Below, piece after piece: positions 9,751 through 19,266 of a stretch of DNA of 64,000 bases. The position numbers were made by a program, and so were the translations under genes. This DNA is from a virus (Duplodnaviria; Caudoviricetes), in the IMG/VR virus record IMGVR_UViG_3300036987_000310, positions 64,001-128,000 of that record. One strand, 5' to 3'. The notes under the pieces were generated by a model, which was not told the DNA's origin, did no database searches, and was given only the letters and a program-made list of their open reading frames with translations. Numbering within the stretch: position 1 is the first letter of the stretch; every line of letters starts with the position of its first letter.

Positions 9751-11871
9751 ATGATTCATACTGACTCTGGAAAGACCATGGAACAAGCTGCTTTTTTGGA
9801 AGAGCTGCGTAAAATTCGCAATATGGAGAAGATTAATCTTAAGCCTTCTCCATATCTCAAAAGTGAATTCATGGACGACGGGGGCGAAGTCAGACCGGTA
9901 GTTCTTCGCGAGTATCAAAAGAAGCATGTGTTTGAAATGCTTCAAGTGGTAAAACACATAAACGGGTCGGACACGGGGCTGGGTAAGACGCTCGAGATTT
10001 TGAGCACGATTGGATATGTTTGGCTCAAAGAGCCGGAATACGTCCCCATCGTGTTGACAAAGAAGTCAGCTCTTCATCAGTGGGCTGCAGAAGTCGACAA
10101 GTTCATGCAAAGCATGGAAGTGACCACAGTCGACGGAAAACCATATGACCGGGAGAAAACTTACATAAAATTCTTTCAGAGCGATTTAAACAAGAAGCGC
10201 TTGCTGATAATGACGTACGACGTTTTGTTGAAGGATGCGAACGGGTCCGTCGTGCGAAACTCCGATCATAAGGCGTCTTCTGCTGATCATAAGGCGCTGG
10301 TTAAAGCTCGCAAGACTTTGAAGGAAGTTCAAAAGGCTGCCAAAGCCGAGTCTGAGGTGTTCGAAACCTGGTTCAACAGCCGTCCGTACGAAATTTGGGA
10401 TCACGCAAAATCTGTCGTAGCTGTCGGTCCAGAAAAACCGCCGAGGCCCCCTGTTCCGAATAACTGGACCGAAGAGGACGAGAAGCAAACCCAAAAGTTC
10501 GAGGCGCTTGTCAACGCCGCTCAATCTTGGAAGGTTGAAGCTGATCGTTTGGACGCTATTGTGCACCCAACTGTTGTTACCCCCGGCATCATTGGGCAAA
10601 TCAAAGCCTTCATGGCATCACATCCGAACGCCAAATTCATGCTGGTGATGGACGAAGCCCACGTGGTCAAAAACCATCGCGGGAAAATACACGCAACTGT
10701 GGCTGAGCTTGCAAAGCACTGTGAGAGGGTTTACGGCCTCACCGCGACTCCGGTTAAAAATCGCTTGATGGAGTTTTTCTCTCTATTTCGGATTGTTGTT
10801 CCTGGCTTGTTTCCGAAAGTCACCCAGTTTCAGAACGAATTTTGCATCACCAAGCTCCAGCGCATCGGCGGCGGCAAGCAAGTTCCCATAATAGTAGGCT
10901 ACAAAAACCTTTCCAGGTTTGTCGACGTCATAGAACCATTTTACTTGTCGCGTCGCAAATACGATGTGGCCGCTGAGCTTCCGCGCTTGGTCACTAGGGA
11001 GCTGCAATGCGAACTGACTGACCTGCAGGAAGAGTTGTATGACATGGCCGAGGCCGGCCTGTTGGAAAAGGACTCCGACCCTGACGCGTCGAGCGCGGCT
11101 GTGCTTGGGGCCATGACATACGTGCAGGAGGCCGTCAACTCGCCGACTTTGTTGAACAACGATGATGGTGAACCATGGGAAGGAAGTTCTCCGAAAGTCG
11201 ACACGCTTTTGGAGCTTCTCGAGGACGAACTTGACGGGGTTAAAACCATCGTCTTCTCCCGGTTTGAGCGCATGGTTTCTCTAACCGAGACAGCTTTGAA
11301 GGCGAATGGTGTCAAATGTGTGCGCATTACCGGAAAAGAAAATAAGGCGTCGGACAGAGAAAAGGCCAAAACAGTTTTTCAAGATCCAAATTCGGGCGTG
11401 AACGTGATTCTGATAACAGAAGCCGGGTCTGAGTCGATCAATCTTCAAGCAGCCGAGCATTTTGTTCTACTGGACTCTCCATGGTCTTGGGGGACTTATC
11501 TTCAGCTCATCGGCCGCATGATTCGCATAGGAAGCCATCACACAATGACCGTAGCCACCCATCTCGTGGCTGTAAGGCAAGATGGACGCAAAACTATCGA
11601 CCACTACGTGATCAAGAAGCTCAAGACGAAAAAAGCTCTTGCAGACAAGGTCGCGGGGGAAGGGCTGAAGGACGGGTTGAAGTTCGTCAAGGACGACGCC
11701 ATGGAGCTCGTGTCCATGCTAAAGGAAGACACAAAAGATACTTCGAAGGGCCAGAAGGGCGCCAAAGCTGCCAAAACAAGTTTGGGCGGTTCAAGTCCTA
11801 AGAAGACCCTTTCTTGTGTCAAGAACGACCCTCCCGTTGCCGTGGTGAATGTCGACTTGTCGGAGATATGA
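9751..11871 (+). CDS. SNF2/SWI2-family (SF2) helicase/translocase
   Basis: LREYQ Q-motif, DTGLGKT Walker A, LVMDEAH Walker B, LTATPVKNRLMEFFSL motif III, IVFSRF, ITEAGSESINLQAA, QLIGRMIRIG motif VI. Confidence 0.9.
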   Translation: MIHTDSGKTMEQAAFLEELRKIRNMEKINLKPSPYLKSEFMDDGGEVRPVVLREYQKKHVFEMLQVVKHINGSDTGLGKTLEILSTIGYVWLKEPEYVPIVLTKKSALHQWAAEVDKFMQSMEVTTVDGKPYDREKTYIKFFQSDLNKKRLLIMTYDVLLKDANGSVVRNSDHKASSADHKALVKARKTLKEVQKAAKAESEVFETWFNSRPYEIWDHAKSVVAVGPEKPPRPPVPNNWTEEDEKQTQKFEALVNAAQSWKVEADRLDAIVHPTVVTPGIIGQIKAFMASHPNAKFMLVMDEAHVVKNHRGKIHATVAELAKHCERVYGLTATPVKNRLMEFFSLFRIVVPGLFPKVTQFQNEFCITKLQRIGGGKQVPIIVGYKNLSRFVDVIEPFYLSRRKYDVAAELPRLVTRELQCELTDLQEELYDMAEAGLLEKDSDPDASSAAVLGAMTYVQEAVNSPTLLNNDDGEPWEGSSPKVDTLLELLEDELDGVKTIVFSRFERMVSLTETALKANGVKCVRITGKENKASDREKAKTVFQDPNSGVNVILITEAGSESINLQAAEHFVLLDSPWSWGTYLQLIGRMIRIGSHHTMTVATHLVAVRQDGRKTIDHYVIKKLKTKKALADKVAGEGLKDGLKFVKDDAMELVSMLKEDTKDTSKGQKGAKAAKTSLGGSSPKKTLSCVKNDPPVAVVNVDLSEI

Positions 11872-12667
11872 CATGGTTGAAGGGTGCAGTTGCGGCGGAA
11901 ACGGGATTGTTGAGAAAGATGGAAAGCTGTACGAGTGCGTATGCGCTTTGTTGAGGCGGCGCGCTGCGTCCATGCCCCCTTTCATTCGGACTGCAAATTT
12001 GCAACCCGGACACACGTCGCACAGGTTGCACGATCTGACAAAGAAGTCTTTGTTCATTTTGGCCACTTGGCCGGACATGAAGGCAATCATCAAAGCTGTC
12101 ATGATCCGTCACATGAACTTGTTTGTGCGAATCACATCCGACAACGACATACTTCACGCTTACGTCGGGGCGATGTCAAAGAAGAACAAGGGCGACAACG
12201 AAGCTACTTTTGAAACTGTTGGCGACTTTGTTGGCCCTCCCGATTTGGTGATCATAAGGCTAAATGCTTTGACCAGGCCAAACAAGGCTGCTGCCGGGGC
12301 CCTGGAAGAAGCCATGGTTTGCCGCATGGACCAAGACAAGGCAACATGGTTTGTGTCGGACATGGACCGCCCATTCACCTCGTCAAGCCCAGCTCACTCG
12401 GAGACTCTTTGGGATCTCATGGAAGCATGTGCCAAAGTTCGTGTTCCTCCAGTTTTGCCTAGAAATCTTCCGACCGGAATGTTCGATTTGGAATCAGTCG
12501 AGTCCAGCATCAGTCCTGTTGCTCATAAGAGTGAGCCGAAGAAGGAGACAAAGAAGCGTTCGAAGCCGGATCCCACCCCGAACGTTGACCAAGAAGACAA
12601 CTCTGGTTTGGGAATGTACGGACAAGGTGTTGGTAAAAGCAAGAGCTTCGGTCGAGGCGGGGACTGA
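11849..12667 (+). CDS. Zn-finger protein, possible degenerate DnaC/IstB-like helicase loader
   Basis: N-terminal CSCGGNG...YECVC, central alpha/beta region (PDLVIIRL, TWFVSD) and no intact Walker A. Translationally coupled to the DnaB-like gene. Confidence 0.45.
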   Translation: MSTCRRYDMVEGCSCGGNGIVEKDGKLYECVCALLRRRAASMPPFIRTANLQPGHTSHRLHDLTKKSLFILATWPDMKAIIKAVMIRHMNLFVRITSDNDILHAYVGAMSKKNKGDNEATFETVGDFVGPPDLVIIRLNALTRPNKAAAGALEEAMVCRMDQDKATWFVSDMDRPFTSSSPAHSETLWDLMEACAKVRVPPVLPRNLPTGMFDLESVESSISPVAHKSEPKKETKKRSKPDPTPNVDQEDNSGLGMYGQGVGKSKSFGRGGD

Positions 12668-14187
12668 TGGAACGCATTTTGCGCGGTTTGATGCAGATCG
12701 GGTCGGTTCCGGAAGCCGAAGACTGCCTTCGGAATTGGAACCGGCTCCAAGAATACTCTCTCGATTTTCCGACTGTTGAAGATAAGCTTATCTTTGACTA
12801 CTTTCGAACTTTTTACAACCAGATGTCCGCTCCTCCGGACTTTGCAATAGTTCGCGAGTATTTCGAAAAAGAGGACAATATTGAAGTGGCGTCCCGCCTC
12901 GACGAAGTCAAGGCGGCTCAGCCATACATTGGGACAAACTACCTTGCCATAGTTCGCGCCGAAGAAGATAGACAACAGACTAAATCCATAGTCATGCTGT
13001 TTCGAGATGCGAGCATGATTGCTGAGCACGGGCGGAACGTAGACAGGCCTGTCAATGGAAAGAAGGTTTTGAAGGGCGTTCCTGACGCCGTGAACTACGT
13101 ATACGACAAGCTGCACGACTTCACGCGCGTAGAAGGGGGCGAGAAGCTTGAAGGAGTGGTCAGCGAGGACGCCGACGAGTTCATGGAAGAGTATGAAGTC
13201 GTCGAAAAGATGGATAAATATGCCGGGCGAAACTTGTTCGGGCTCGAGCCTGTCGACACTGTGTGTCGCGGCCACCGAATGGGGGAATATTGGATCCACA
13301 CGGCTTTCGCCGGAGAATTGAAGACGTCGCTTGCTTTGAACTATGCGTACAACAATGCATTTGTGTACGGCAAAAACATTTTCTACGCGATTTTGGAAAT
13401 GCCATACAAGCAGCTTCGGCGCCAGTTGTACGTAATCCACTCTTCTCACGGAAAATTTGTGACTGAATGGTGGAAAGAAGATCAAAAAGCTGGAATCCCT
13501 CCTGAGCACAGATACGTTGGTCTCGACTATCGCAAAGTTCGCGACGGGGAATTGTCTCCTCGCGACAAGGAGCGTCTAAAGAAAGTCGCCCAAGACTTCA
13601 AAGCAACATCCAGGGGTAGGCTCTTTGTTTGGAGGCCGTCAGACGAGGCCACGATCATGGACATCCGCCGCAAGGCCGAGATGTTTCACAACAAGTACGG
13701 GTGTGACGGCATAGTTGTTGACCATTTGGGCTTGGTCAAGCCAAAACACAGAACAAGCGACTTCGTCACAACTCAGAACGCCGTTGTTCGAGATGGACGC
13801 CTGATGGCTTTGAACTTTGCTCGAGGTCGTGGCGTTCCCGTCATGGCACTGTTTCAGATGAACAGGCAGGGAAAGCTTCGAGCTGACAAGAACGATGGTC
13901 GCTACGACATGGCAGCTATCAGCTATGCAAACGAGGTTGAGAAGAGCGCGGATGTCATCACATGGACATATTTGAACGATCAGCTTCGTAAAGAGGGCAA
14001 GTTCTATATGGGGAACTTGAAAAATCGAGACAATCCAATGTTCGATCGCATGATCGGTAAGATTTTGTGGATGTCGAAGCGCATGCGCGCAATCGAGTCG
14101 GGGCTAATTGACATGGACAACGATCGCCTGATCGTGTCTGCTGGAGAGCACATCAGTCAGCTCACGGCTGCAGACCTGATGATCTGA
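12667..14187 (+). CDS. dnaB: DnaB-like replicative helicase (SF4)
   Basis: AFAGELKTS (variant Walker A), ILEM (H1a), GIVVDHLGLV (H2), PVMALFQMNRQG (H3), EVEKSADVI (H4), LKNRD arginine finger. Confidence 0.85.
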   Translation: MERILRGLMQIGSVPEAEDCLRNWNRLQEYSLDFPTVEDKLIFDYFRTFYNQMSAPPDFAIVREYFEKEDNIEVASRLDEVKAAQPYIGTNYLAIVRAEEDRQQTKSIVMLFRDASMIAEHGRNVDRPVNGKKVLKGVPDAVNYVYDKLHDFTRVEGGEKLEGVVSEDADEFMEEYEVVEKMDKYAGRNLFGLEPVDTVCRGHRMGEYWIHTAFAGELKTSLALNYAYNNAFVYGKNIFYAILEMPYKQLRRQLYVIHSSHGKFVTEWWKEDQKAGIPPEHRYVGLDYRKVRDGELSPRDKERLKKVAQDFKATSRGRLFVWRPSDEATIMDIRRKAEMFHNKYGCDGIVVDHLGLVKPKHRTSDFVTTQNAVVRDGRLMALNFARGRGVPVMALFQMNRQGKLRADKNDGRYDMAAISYANEVEKSADVITWTYLNDQLRKEGKFYMGNLKNRDNPMFDRMIGKILWMSKRMRAIESGLIDMDNDRLIVSAGEHISQLTAADLMI

Positions 14188-14215
14188 CCATAGCGCTTTT
14201 GTGTTTCGTCGACGC

Positions 14216-14668
14216 ATGAACTTCGTCAGAATCGCCATGCGCATTGCGTTCAACGTGCGCACTGCCGACGACCACCTCAAAACTTCAGATATAAGAAAGC
14301 TTATCGGGAGCGATCCGGAGCTCACTGACGACTTCTTGTTTGCCCTCATGAAGCACGACGACTTCATGGAAACTTTATATGGCTTGGCTGGCGATCGGCT
14401 GTCAGACAGCAACATACGAAAGCTGAAGTTTTTGCACAGGGGCCTGGCGAGCGAGTTGTCTTCTTTAATGAACAAGTTGGCGGAAAGATTTCCCGGTGCG
14501 AATTTTCTGCTTTTCAAAAAAGAGGTTTCTCGAGTTGTGGGGGAAGAGGTCCTTAACCCGAACGTCATGATCAGGGAAATGAACGAATGGACTTATCAAT
14601 GGCACGATGTTTTTTCCCACATGGTGCGTGAGGCCGGTAAGCTCTTGGCTGCCGAGTCAAAATCCTGA
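14216..14668 (+). CDS. Hypothetical protein with N-terminal RIAMRIA motif
   Basis: ATG at 14216 is in frame with the 155-aa ORF; helical; fills the gap between dnaB and the protease gene. Confidence 0.6.
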   Translation: MNFVRIAMRIAFNVRTADDHLKTSDIRKLIGSDPELTDDFLFALMKHDDFMETLYGLAGDRLSDSNIRKLKFLHRGLASELSSLMNKLAERFPGANFLLFKKEVSRVVGEEVLNPNVMIREMNEWTYQWHDVFSHMVREAGKLLAAESKS

Positions 14669-14690
14669 GATTTTGTTTAGCTTTGTCCAC

Positions 14691-15308
14691 ATGTGGACAA
14701 AGCTAAAATCTTTCCTGCTGAATCGTACACTGTTTCTGATTTCGATGGGGGTCTTCACAGTTGTAGTGATTGGACTGTTGACGTACTTCCAAGCAATGGG
14801 TGTCAAAAAGATTCCCCTTGACGATCTGATGGAAGTTAAGCACTATCGAGACTCTGTCCAGTTTCCGCTACGCGTGTACTGCAGCGGATTTAATGAGCAT
14901 CAGATGGAGATGTGGGCAGAAGCGAGCGCAGCCTGGAAGCGAGCGGACGACAGGTTGGACGTCCAGTTCATCTCATGGGAACCGCCCACCCCGTTTTCCG
15001 AAGATTTTTACAAAGACTTCGAAAAACGGACGCTTTGGCAACTTGACCCGAACGACAAAGAAACAGCGTTGATGTTTCTGAAATATAGCATTCGCACAGA
15101 CGGGTTTGCCGTTGGAAATTTCATTGCCATCGTTCACGACAAAGAATTGACAGACCAGCAGAGCTTGACGATGTATGCGCACGAACTTGGCCATATGGTG
15201 GGCTTCGAGCACATCAGGGACGCGTACCCAGCCATGATGAATTTGACTGCCAAGAAGGCGATTACGAAATATGACCTTATGCAGGTCGACTACGTGTACC
15301 CTCGCTAA
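14691..15308 (+). CDS. Membrane-anchored metzincin (matrixin-like) zinc metalloprotease
   Basis: HELGHMVGFEH (HExxHxxGxxH), Met-turn PAMMN, N-terminal TM LFLISMGVFTVVVIGLLTYF. ATG chosen at 14691. Confidence 0.85.
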   Translation: MWTKLKSFLLNRTLFLISMGVFTVVVIGLLTYFQAMGVKKIPLDDLMEVKHYRDSVQFPLRVYCSGFNEHQMEMWAEASAAWKRADDRLDVQFISWEPPTPFSEDFYKDFEKRTLWQLDPNDKETALMFLKYSIRTDGFAVGNFIAIVHDKELTDQQSLTMYAHELGHMVGFEHIRDAYPAMMNLTAKKAITKYDLMQVDYVYPR

Positions 15309-15718
15309 CCCAGAACACTTAAGATTGGCTGGACGTGTTCCATCGTCAATCCGCTCGGATAAGTGCACACGTGTCTTTTTGCAACTTTTCCCATGAAAGT
15401 CATATCGTCGATGACGACGTATGACTCGGCGGGGTTCTTTTCCAGGAAAGCGAGAATTTCGTCGTCTCGACTTCCGAAAGAAGGAGTTTTTCCGACAATT
15501 TCTCCTGTGAACCCTGCTTTTTTGAATTCTTCCCTGATGTCCGGGAGAGATTTTCCGAGCCGGAACGCCGATGAAATTACGACAAGTGCCCCTGTGTGTG
15601 CGATGATGTGGTTAAGGACTGACACGTGCTCCGGCATCAAAGCCGTGCCCATGTCTAACGGGTTGTGGACGATTCCCGGGTTCATGACCCCATCAATGTC
15701 AAGAAACGCGAATTTCAT
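15305..15718 (-). CDS. HAD-superfamily phosphatase (Swiss-Army-Knife RNA-repair HAD-like)
   Basis: FAFLDIDGVMN motif I, LVVISSAFR, SRDDEI, SYVVIDD motif IV. Confidence 0.8.
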   Translation of the reverse strand: MKFAFLDIDGVMNPGIVHNPLDMGTALMPEHVSVLNHIIAHTGALVVISSAFRLGKSLPDIREEFKKAGFTGEIVGKTPSFGSRDDEILAFLEKNPAESYVVIDDMTFMGKVAKRHVCTYPSGLTMEHVQPILSVLG

Positions 15719-15789
15719 GGAAAATGATACTTGCTTTGTTTTCACACTTTCGTTTTGTAAATTCCGGGCATAAGCGAGTACCCTCAGCC

Positions 15790-16131
15790 ATGACAACCGG
15801 GCAATTTTGGTCCAGAGTATACACCACAGACTTTGACCTCTTTGAAGGAGATCTTGTTAACGGACCAATCAACACTGCGTTGAAAGCCGCTTTTGTCGAT
15901 GCATGTTTTGCGGTGGAAAGTGTCGGGGCGGGCTCGAGGCCCGGTTCCCTTGCGTCCGTGACTATTTCGATGACTGAAGACGGGGACTATCGCCTAGAGG
16001 CTGTTTCGGAAGGGAAGTCTTATGCGATTGTTACACAAAAATGTCACAAGTGTTTAGCAACAATCCATGGGGACTTGCACCCGTTCAACGGGTGTGACGA
16101 AGTCCTTTTGGAAGAAATTCATAACAGTTAG
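15790..16131 (+). CDS. Hypothetical protein with C-terminal CxxC/H/C and shared C-terminal tag (LEEIHNS)
   Basis: CHKC...H...CDEVLLEEIHNS; TACCCT-N5-ATG upstream. Confidence 0.6.
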   Translation: MTTGQFWSRVYTTDFDLFEGDLVNGPINTALKAAFVDACFAVESVGAGSRPGSLASVTISMTEDGDYRLEAVSEGKSYAIVTQKCHKCLATIHGDLHPFNGCDEVLLEEIHNS

Positions 16132-17030
16132 ACCGAAGCCAGTTTTTTGGCAATTCTGGCAAGCTTCGATGCGTTTTTCTTTTCCGCGGTCAAGGATTCG
16201 AACATGGCGGTGATGAGCTCGTGCGCATACGAACTCCATACGTTTGTTTCAGCAATGTTTGACGTCAGGTCATAAGACGCCAACGAAGACGCAGCTTTTT
16301 TAAACTTTTCGGAATCAAACCCGTCCGCGTCATGAGCCATTTCCATGATTTTCTGCGCGTTCTCCATCACGCTGTCTTTGGCAAACTTTAGCCCTTTTAG
16401 CGCAGACGAATCCGTGAGAAGGTCCATGCTGTATGCCTGAAAATCTGACTTCGCCTCCAAAGCATTCTTGAAAGCTCTTTTCATCTCCGGATCTAGACTG
16501 GAGTTGTTTATGTCAGCAACTTTTATATGGTCTCTTTTGGTCAGGTTTATTGGTGGCGGCAATGCCGCCACCCGGAAGGCGATCCTGACAAGTGTCGACA
16601 AACGCGGGCTGCCCAAGCTTTTGTCGATGACCCTATACATTTCTGATATTAGACCATGCATTTCGAAAACCCAACTGCTTGCCTCTTGAGGCAGTTCTGG
16701 CCCCATCATGAACTCATATGACGCTAGCTTGTTGAACGCGTCATTGTATCTCAGCCAGTCAGCATCTGGAACTTGAGCTTTCACTTGTTTCATCAAATGT
16801 TGGATCACGTCCAGAAGAGGTCCCTGACGCATTTTTAAGTTTCTGAAGACTTTTGCATCCGTGATGCTTTGACGACTTGGGATTGCTGCAAGAACGTCTT
16901 CTCTAGTTTTCAGCGCTTTCTTGAACGCTCTTTTCCACTCGTCCGGAATTTTAGACATTTCCAAGGCGCCAATGTACAAATGCGGGCCGGTGATGTCGAT
17001 TCTTGGCGGCTTAGACGACGTTCTGACCAT
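16128..17030 (-). CDS. Hypothetical protein with internal tandem duplication
   Basis: Two ~150-aa repeats (PPRIDIT...EWKRAFKKAL...KLASYE / PPPINLT...EMKRAFKNAL...SLASYD), each ending in an RIA motif. Confidence 0.7.
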   Translation of the reverse strand: MVRTSSKPPRIDITGPHLYIGALEMSKIPDEWKRAFKKALKTREDVLAAIPSRQSITDAKVFRNLKMRQGPLLDVIQHLMKQVKAQVPDADWLRYNDAFNKLASYEFMMGPELPQEASSWVFEMHGLISEMYRVIDKSLGSPRLSTLVRIAFRVAALPPPINLTKRDHIKVADINNSSLDPEMKRAFKNALEAKSDFQAYSMDLLTDSSALKGLKFAKDSVMENAQKIMEMAHDADGFDSEKFKKAASSLASYDLTSNIAETNVWSSYAHELITAMFESLTAEKKNASKLARIAKKLASV

Positions 17031-17065
17031 ATACAGGGGTCAACATTAGAAGTGTACTGTTCTTT

Positions 17066-17671
17066 GTGGATCGAACATCGGACCAGGAATGGGTTCAAGA
17101 GCGCATACGAGCTGTGTCAAGACAGTATGGGGCTTTTGACGCGTTGACTGAAGAAGGGATTGAGCTGGAGGATAAAAATTCGACTGTTCAAATTCCGTGT
17201 CCTCTTCCCGGTCACGGGCCTGACAACAGGCCGTCTGCCAGGTACTATGCCGCTGAAGGGTCCAATTCAGAACACTTCTTTTGTTTTAAGTGCAAAGTTA
17301 GATTGGACGGCATCGGCCTCATGGCAAAAATGCGCGGCATGGAGTTTATGCGCGCTTTGTCGGAGCTTGAGAGACGATTTGGCATAAAGACCCCGCGGCG
17401 TCCAGAGGCGGACATTGGCATACCGGCAGACAAAAGCGGGTTGTATGAATCTGAAGCGTGGGCAGACGTGCCACGCGTCTTGTCGATCCTGGAGAAAAAG
17501 CTCAAGAGACTTCGACACAGAGTTGCAATGCTCGACTATGTCAAATGGTGTAGAGTGTTGGATGCGATGCAGTGGGATTTGGATCGTGGAGCTGCTCCCA
17601 CCATCATGGTGCCCACTCTCATGAAGCTCAAAACATTGATGGACAACGCCGGGCAAGATGCAGATCTTTGA
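17066..17671 (+). CDS. Primase-type CHC2 zinc-binding domain protein (no TOPRIM)
   Basis: IPCPLPGHGPDNRPS...FFCFKC...DGIGLMAKMRGMEFMRALSEL..RFGI matches the DnaG ZBD pattern. GTG start. Confidence 0.7.
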   Translation: MDRTSDQEWVQERIRAVSRQYGAFDALTEEGIELEDKNSTVQIPCPLPGHGPDNRPSARYYAAEGSNSEHFFCFKCKVRLDGIGLMAKMRGMEFMRALSELERRFGIKTPRRPEADIGIPADKSGLYESEAWADVPRVLSILEKKLKRLRHRVAMLDYVKWCRVLDAMQWDLDRGAAPTIMVPTLMKLKTLMDNAGQDADL

Positions 17672-18116
17672 GTATTCTTTGAGCCTTTGCACTGGGGAAA
17701 CGATAAAAGTGTCTGAGATATCGATGGGGGCTCTCGATAAATTTGAGAAGGCGGCTTTCAAGGATCCAGCGGCTTTCAAGGCAATGTCCAGCGTGGTGTC
17801 TCTATGTACGAAGGCTCCTCGTCAAGCGATGGAAGACGCAAAAATCGGGCACACGAAGCCTCTCGAGAAGCTTTTGGGAACGCCTCCTGTGGGAACTCTC
17901 ATGAAAATAGACCGACCCGTGTGCATGAACGTATCGGACTGCGCAATGGCCGACAGTAAAAAATGCACCGCGCGTTTCTCAAAATTCCCTGAATGCTGGG
18001 ACTATTCCATGGATGTTGATGTCGATTTCACCGACAGCATGGCGGCGGCTCATGAGATCGTTAAAGAAATCGTGATGGCATGGCGCAACGGCAGGTATGT
18101 AATCATTTCCGAGTGA
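17658..18116 (+). CDS. Cys-rich hypothetical protein
   Basis: 152-aa ORF overlapping the upstream stop; C-x5-C-x7-C-x8-C cluster. Confidence 0.55.
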   Translation: MQIFEYSLSLCTGETIKVSEISMGALDKFEKAAFKDPAAFKAMSSVVSLCTKAPRQAMEDAKIGHTKPLEKLLGTPPVGTLMKIDRPVCMNVSDCAMADSKKCTARFSKFPECWDYSMDVDVDFTDSMAAAHEIVKEIVMAWRNGRYVIISE

Positions 18117-19011
18117 ACTCGTAAGCGAGCTCTTCCATCAAACGTGAAGCCCTGGCCGTGAACCTCGATGGTATTTCGACTTGAACTTCGATTATCAGAT
18201 CGCCTGTTCTCCCCGTTTGCGCGTTTTTCACTCCATGTCTTAGAACAGTCAGCTGGCCCCCCGGCTGGATTCCGGCTGGAACTGGAATTTCAATGTCTGA
18301 CCCGTTCAGTCCCACAATTGACGTCATACAGCCACGAATCGCGTCCAACACTCCAATTTTGACAGTTGTGGTCAAATCGTCACCGCATCTTTTGAAGCGC
18401 GGGTGGGGGATTCCGACAATTTTGATGAAAAGATTCCCTCTTAAACGGTTGTCTGCGCTTCCAAAAAAACTGATCGTCTGACCAGCCTCCACGCCCGCTG
18501 GGATATTTACTTTTACCTCAACCTCGCCTTTGGTTTTTCCTTTTCCTCGACAGCGAGGACAAGCTTGTGCGGGAATTGTTCCAGATCCTTTGCACGTGAG
18601 ACACTGGCGAGATGTGTTATTGAATCCCCATATTCCTTTTGTTTTTCCCGTGCCTAAACAGCTCACGCACGGCATCATCGGTGTTCCGGGAACAGCTCCA
18701 GCTCCAGAACACTTTTTGCATTTTACAGATTCTACTTCCACATTGACTTTTTTGACACACCCGAAAACTGTTTCTTCCATGGTGAGACACACCACGGCTT
18801 CCATATCTTCGTCTATGAACTCCGGCTCTTCTGAAAACCTCCGGGAGTCCTTCATGGTGTTGAATGCGTCAGTTATTTCCCTGAATTGTTCCGCATTTCC
18901 GCCTTTGTCAGGGTGAAACCTGGCGACAAGCTTCCTGTAAGCTTTTTTGATGTCGTCCAAGCCGGCATCTTCCGCAACGCCAAGCACTTCATATGGCTCT
19001 CTCGGCATCAT
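18103..19011 (-). CDS. dnaJ: DnaJ chaperone (J domain + four CxxCxGxG repeats + C-terminal domain)
   Basis: PYEVLGV...IKKAYRKL..RFHPDKGG; CKKCSGAG, CVSCLGTG, CLTCKGSG, CPRCRGKG; GDLIIEVQVEIP. Confidence 0.95.
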   Translation of the reverse strand: MMPREPYEVLGVAEDAGLDDIKKAYRKLVARFHPDKGGNAEQFREITDAFNTMKDSRRFSEEPEFIDEDMEAVVCLTMEETVFGCVKKVNVEVESVKCKKCSGAGAVPGTPMMPCVSCLGTGKTKGIWGFNNTSRQCLTCKGSGTIPAQACPRCRGKGKTKGEVEVKVNIPAGVEAGQTISFFGSADNRLRGNLFIKIVGIPHPRFKRCGDDLTTTVKIGVLDAIRGCMTSIVGLNGSDIEIPVPAGIQPGGQLTVLRHGVKNAQTGRTGDLIIEVQVEIPSRFTARASRLMEELAYEFTRK

Positions 19012-19047
19012 ATAACGCTACCCGCTGGTTTCGTTGTATGATCGAAC

Positions 19048-19257
19048 ATGGCAAAGTGTCACATGTGTGCCATGGAAGCCGATGTTGTCGATTTGGAGCG
19101 GGGAGTATTTTTGTGTCGTTGCAACAGCTCCATGTTCGAACGGGTTAAAGCCCGTTTCATGTACCGATGCGTCACGTTCAACGACAATTTTTCCTCGCAC
19201 CCGCGTTGGGAGCCGTCCATTTTTGAAACAATCGTCGACCTTGTCGATGACAGCTAA
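19048..19257 (+). CDS. Small Zn-ribbon hypothetical protein
   Basis: CHMC...CRC; TATGAT-N5-ATG upstream. Confidence 0.5.
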   Translation: MAKCHMCAMEADVVDLERGVFLCRCNSSMFERVKARFMYRCVTFNDNFSSHPRWEPSIFETIVDLVDDS

Positions 19258-19266
19258 GAGGTACTC

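Noticed and set aside
10240-10600. Intein in the SNF2 helicase insertion (and in the polA acidic insert)
   Set aside because: No N-terminal C/S, no His-Asn-C/S/T junction and no LAGLIDADG motifs.
12523-13509. Long antisense ORFs (12523-13509, 26045-26836, 58876-59853, 47047-47772, 60056-60688)
   Set aside because: They overlap genes with clear catalytic motifs (dnaB, histone-like, ATP-grasp/rtcB, ThiF). They are antisense or alternative-frame shadows with no motifs of their own.
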